Shown: positions 63,608-64,000 of the stretch, piece after piece
Layout of the letters: each line of letters begins with the position of its first letter
How positions within the stretch are numbered: position 1 is the stretch's first letter
From: Candidatus Fermentibacterota bacterium
Lineage (GTDB): Bacteria > Fermentibacterota > Fermentibacteria > Fermentibacterales > JCC-6
Assembly (NCBI GenBank): GCA_963845085.1
Contig: CAWJQI010000001.1
Location: 384,001-448,000 of the forward strand
Reading direction: 5' to 3'
DNA length: 64,000 bases
Notes under the pieces: generated by a model
Database searches by the model: none
Seen by the model: only the letters and a program-made list of their open reading frames with translations
What the model was told of the DNA's origin: nothing
Made by a program: the position numbers and the translations under genes

Positions 63608-64000
63608 TCAACAGCATGCTTCATAGTGATTCACTTTCAGTCTTCTGGTAGCGGGAAACAGGTTTGCCTTCTCAGCCTCTTCGCAAAACCAGAACGGTGC
63701 CCAGAGGCTCTTCGAACGGTAGTAATTCTGGGCTACGCAGCTTCCGTTGCATGCCTTTTTAACCAGGCACTCACTGCAGATGCCCTCGAGTTTTTCCGGG
63801 AGACCTTCGCGGAGCGCTTTCAACACTTCGGAATTCATCCAGACATCTTCCAAACTGTCGATGCTTGAATGCCCGAACACGAGTTCGGGAACCGACTCCC
63901 CGATGCCGCAGAGCGAGTACGAACCGTCGGCAAGAACGCCAAGGATGTTCTTGATTCCGCACACTCCGCAACCGCCGCCCTTTTCGCCAAGCATTTTCCC
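63608..64000 (-). CDS. Radical SAM/SPASM protein C-terminus, SynChlorMet ScmF-like (runs off window)
   Basis: CGIKNILGVLADGSYSLCGIG..LVFG, LREGLP..LEGICSECLVKKACNGSCVAQNYY..LWAPFWFC...LFP recalled as typical of ScmF. Confidence 0.8.
   Translation of the reverse strand, partial: GKMLGEKGGGCGVCGIKNILGVLADGSYSLCGIGESVPELVFGHSSIDSLEDVWMNSEVLKALREGLPEKLEGICSECLVKKACNGSCVAQNYYRSKSLWAPFWFCEEAEKANLFPATRRLKVNHYEACC

Noticed and set aside
63345..63617. 90-aa ORF from the track taken as the real peptide
   Set aside because: The RBS points to ATG 63548, and homology to P1 continues in other frames rather than in this ORF's C-terminus

Overview
Bacterial genomic window with two very different halves. 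Positions 1-37.9 kb are GC-rich core genome, almost all on the minus strand. They hold ackA (partial), an anaerobe-type oxidative-stress operon with a Fur/PerR-like box (rbr-dfx-ftn-AhpD-msrC-fprA), hisS, ftsY-smc-pgsA-recN-nadK-dxs-ispA-rny-zapA, rplT-rpmI-infC-thrS, tRNA-Val(GAC) and arcC-lspA-ileS. Embedded here is an uncharacterised three-gene unit: a Zn-ribbon membrane protein, a membrane protein ending in CACACACAGCACACAGGGR, and an RRE-fused radical SAM/SPASM enzyme. Positions 37.9-64 kb are accessory DNA full of single-base frameshifts, probably uncorrected long-read errors. They hold a defence island (McrBC-like, type I R-M with a relic second hsdS half, Mrr-like), an Xre-ImmA/PIN module and a HipA-like kinase with a downstream HipS-HTH gene. 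The right edge carries a SynChlorMet(ScmF)-like radical SAM enzyme followed by repeated units of [4xCxxG precursor peptide + beta-propeller lipoprotein]; one precursor is hidden across three reading frames. The two radical-SAM systems are the best candidates for novel biology. The gene content suggests an anaerobic FCB-group bacterium, possibly Fermentibacterota (inference only). All family assignments come from motif recognition by eye, not from database searches.
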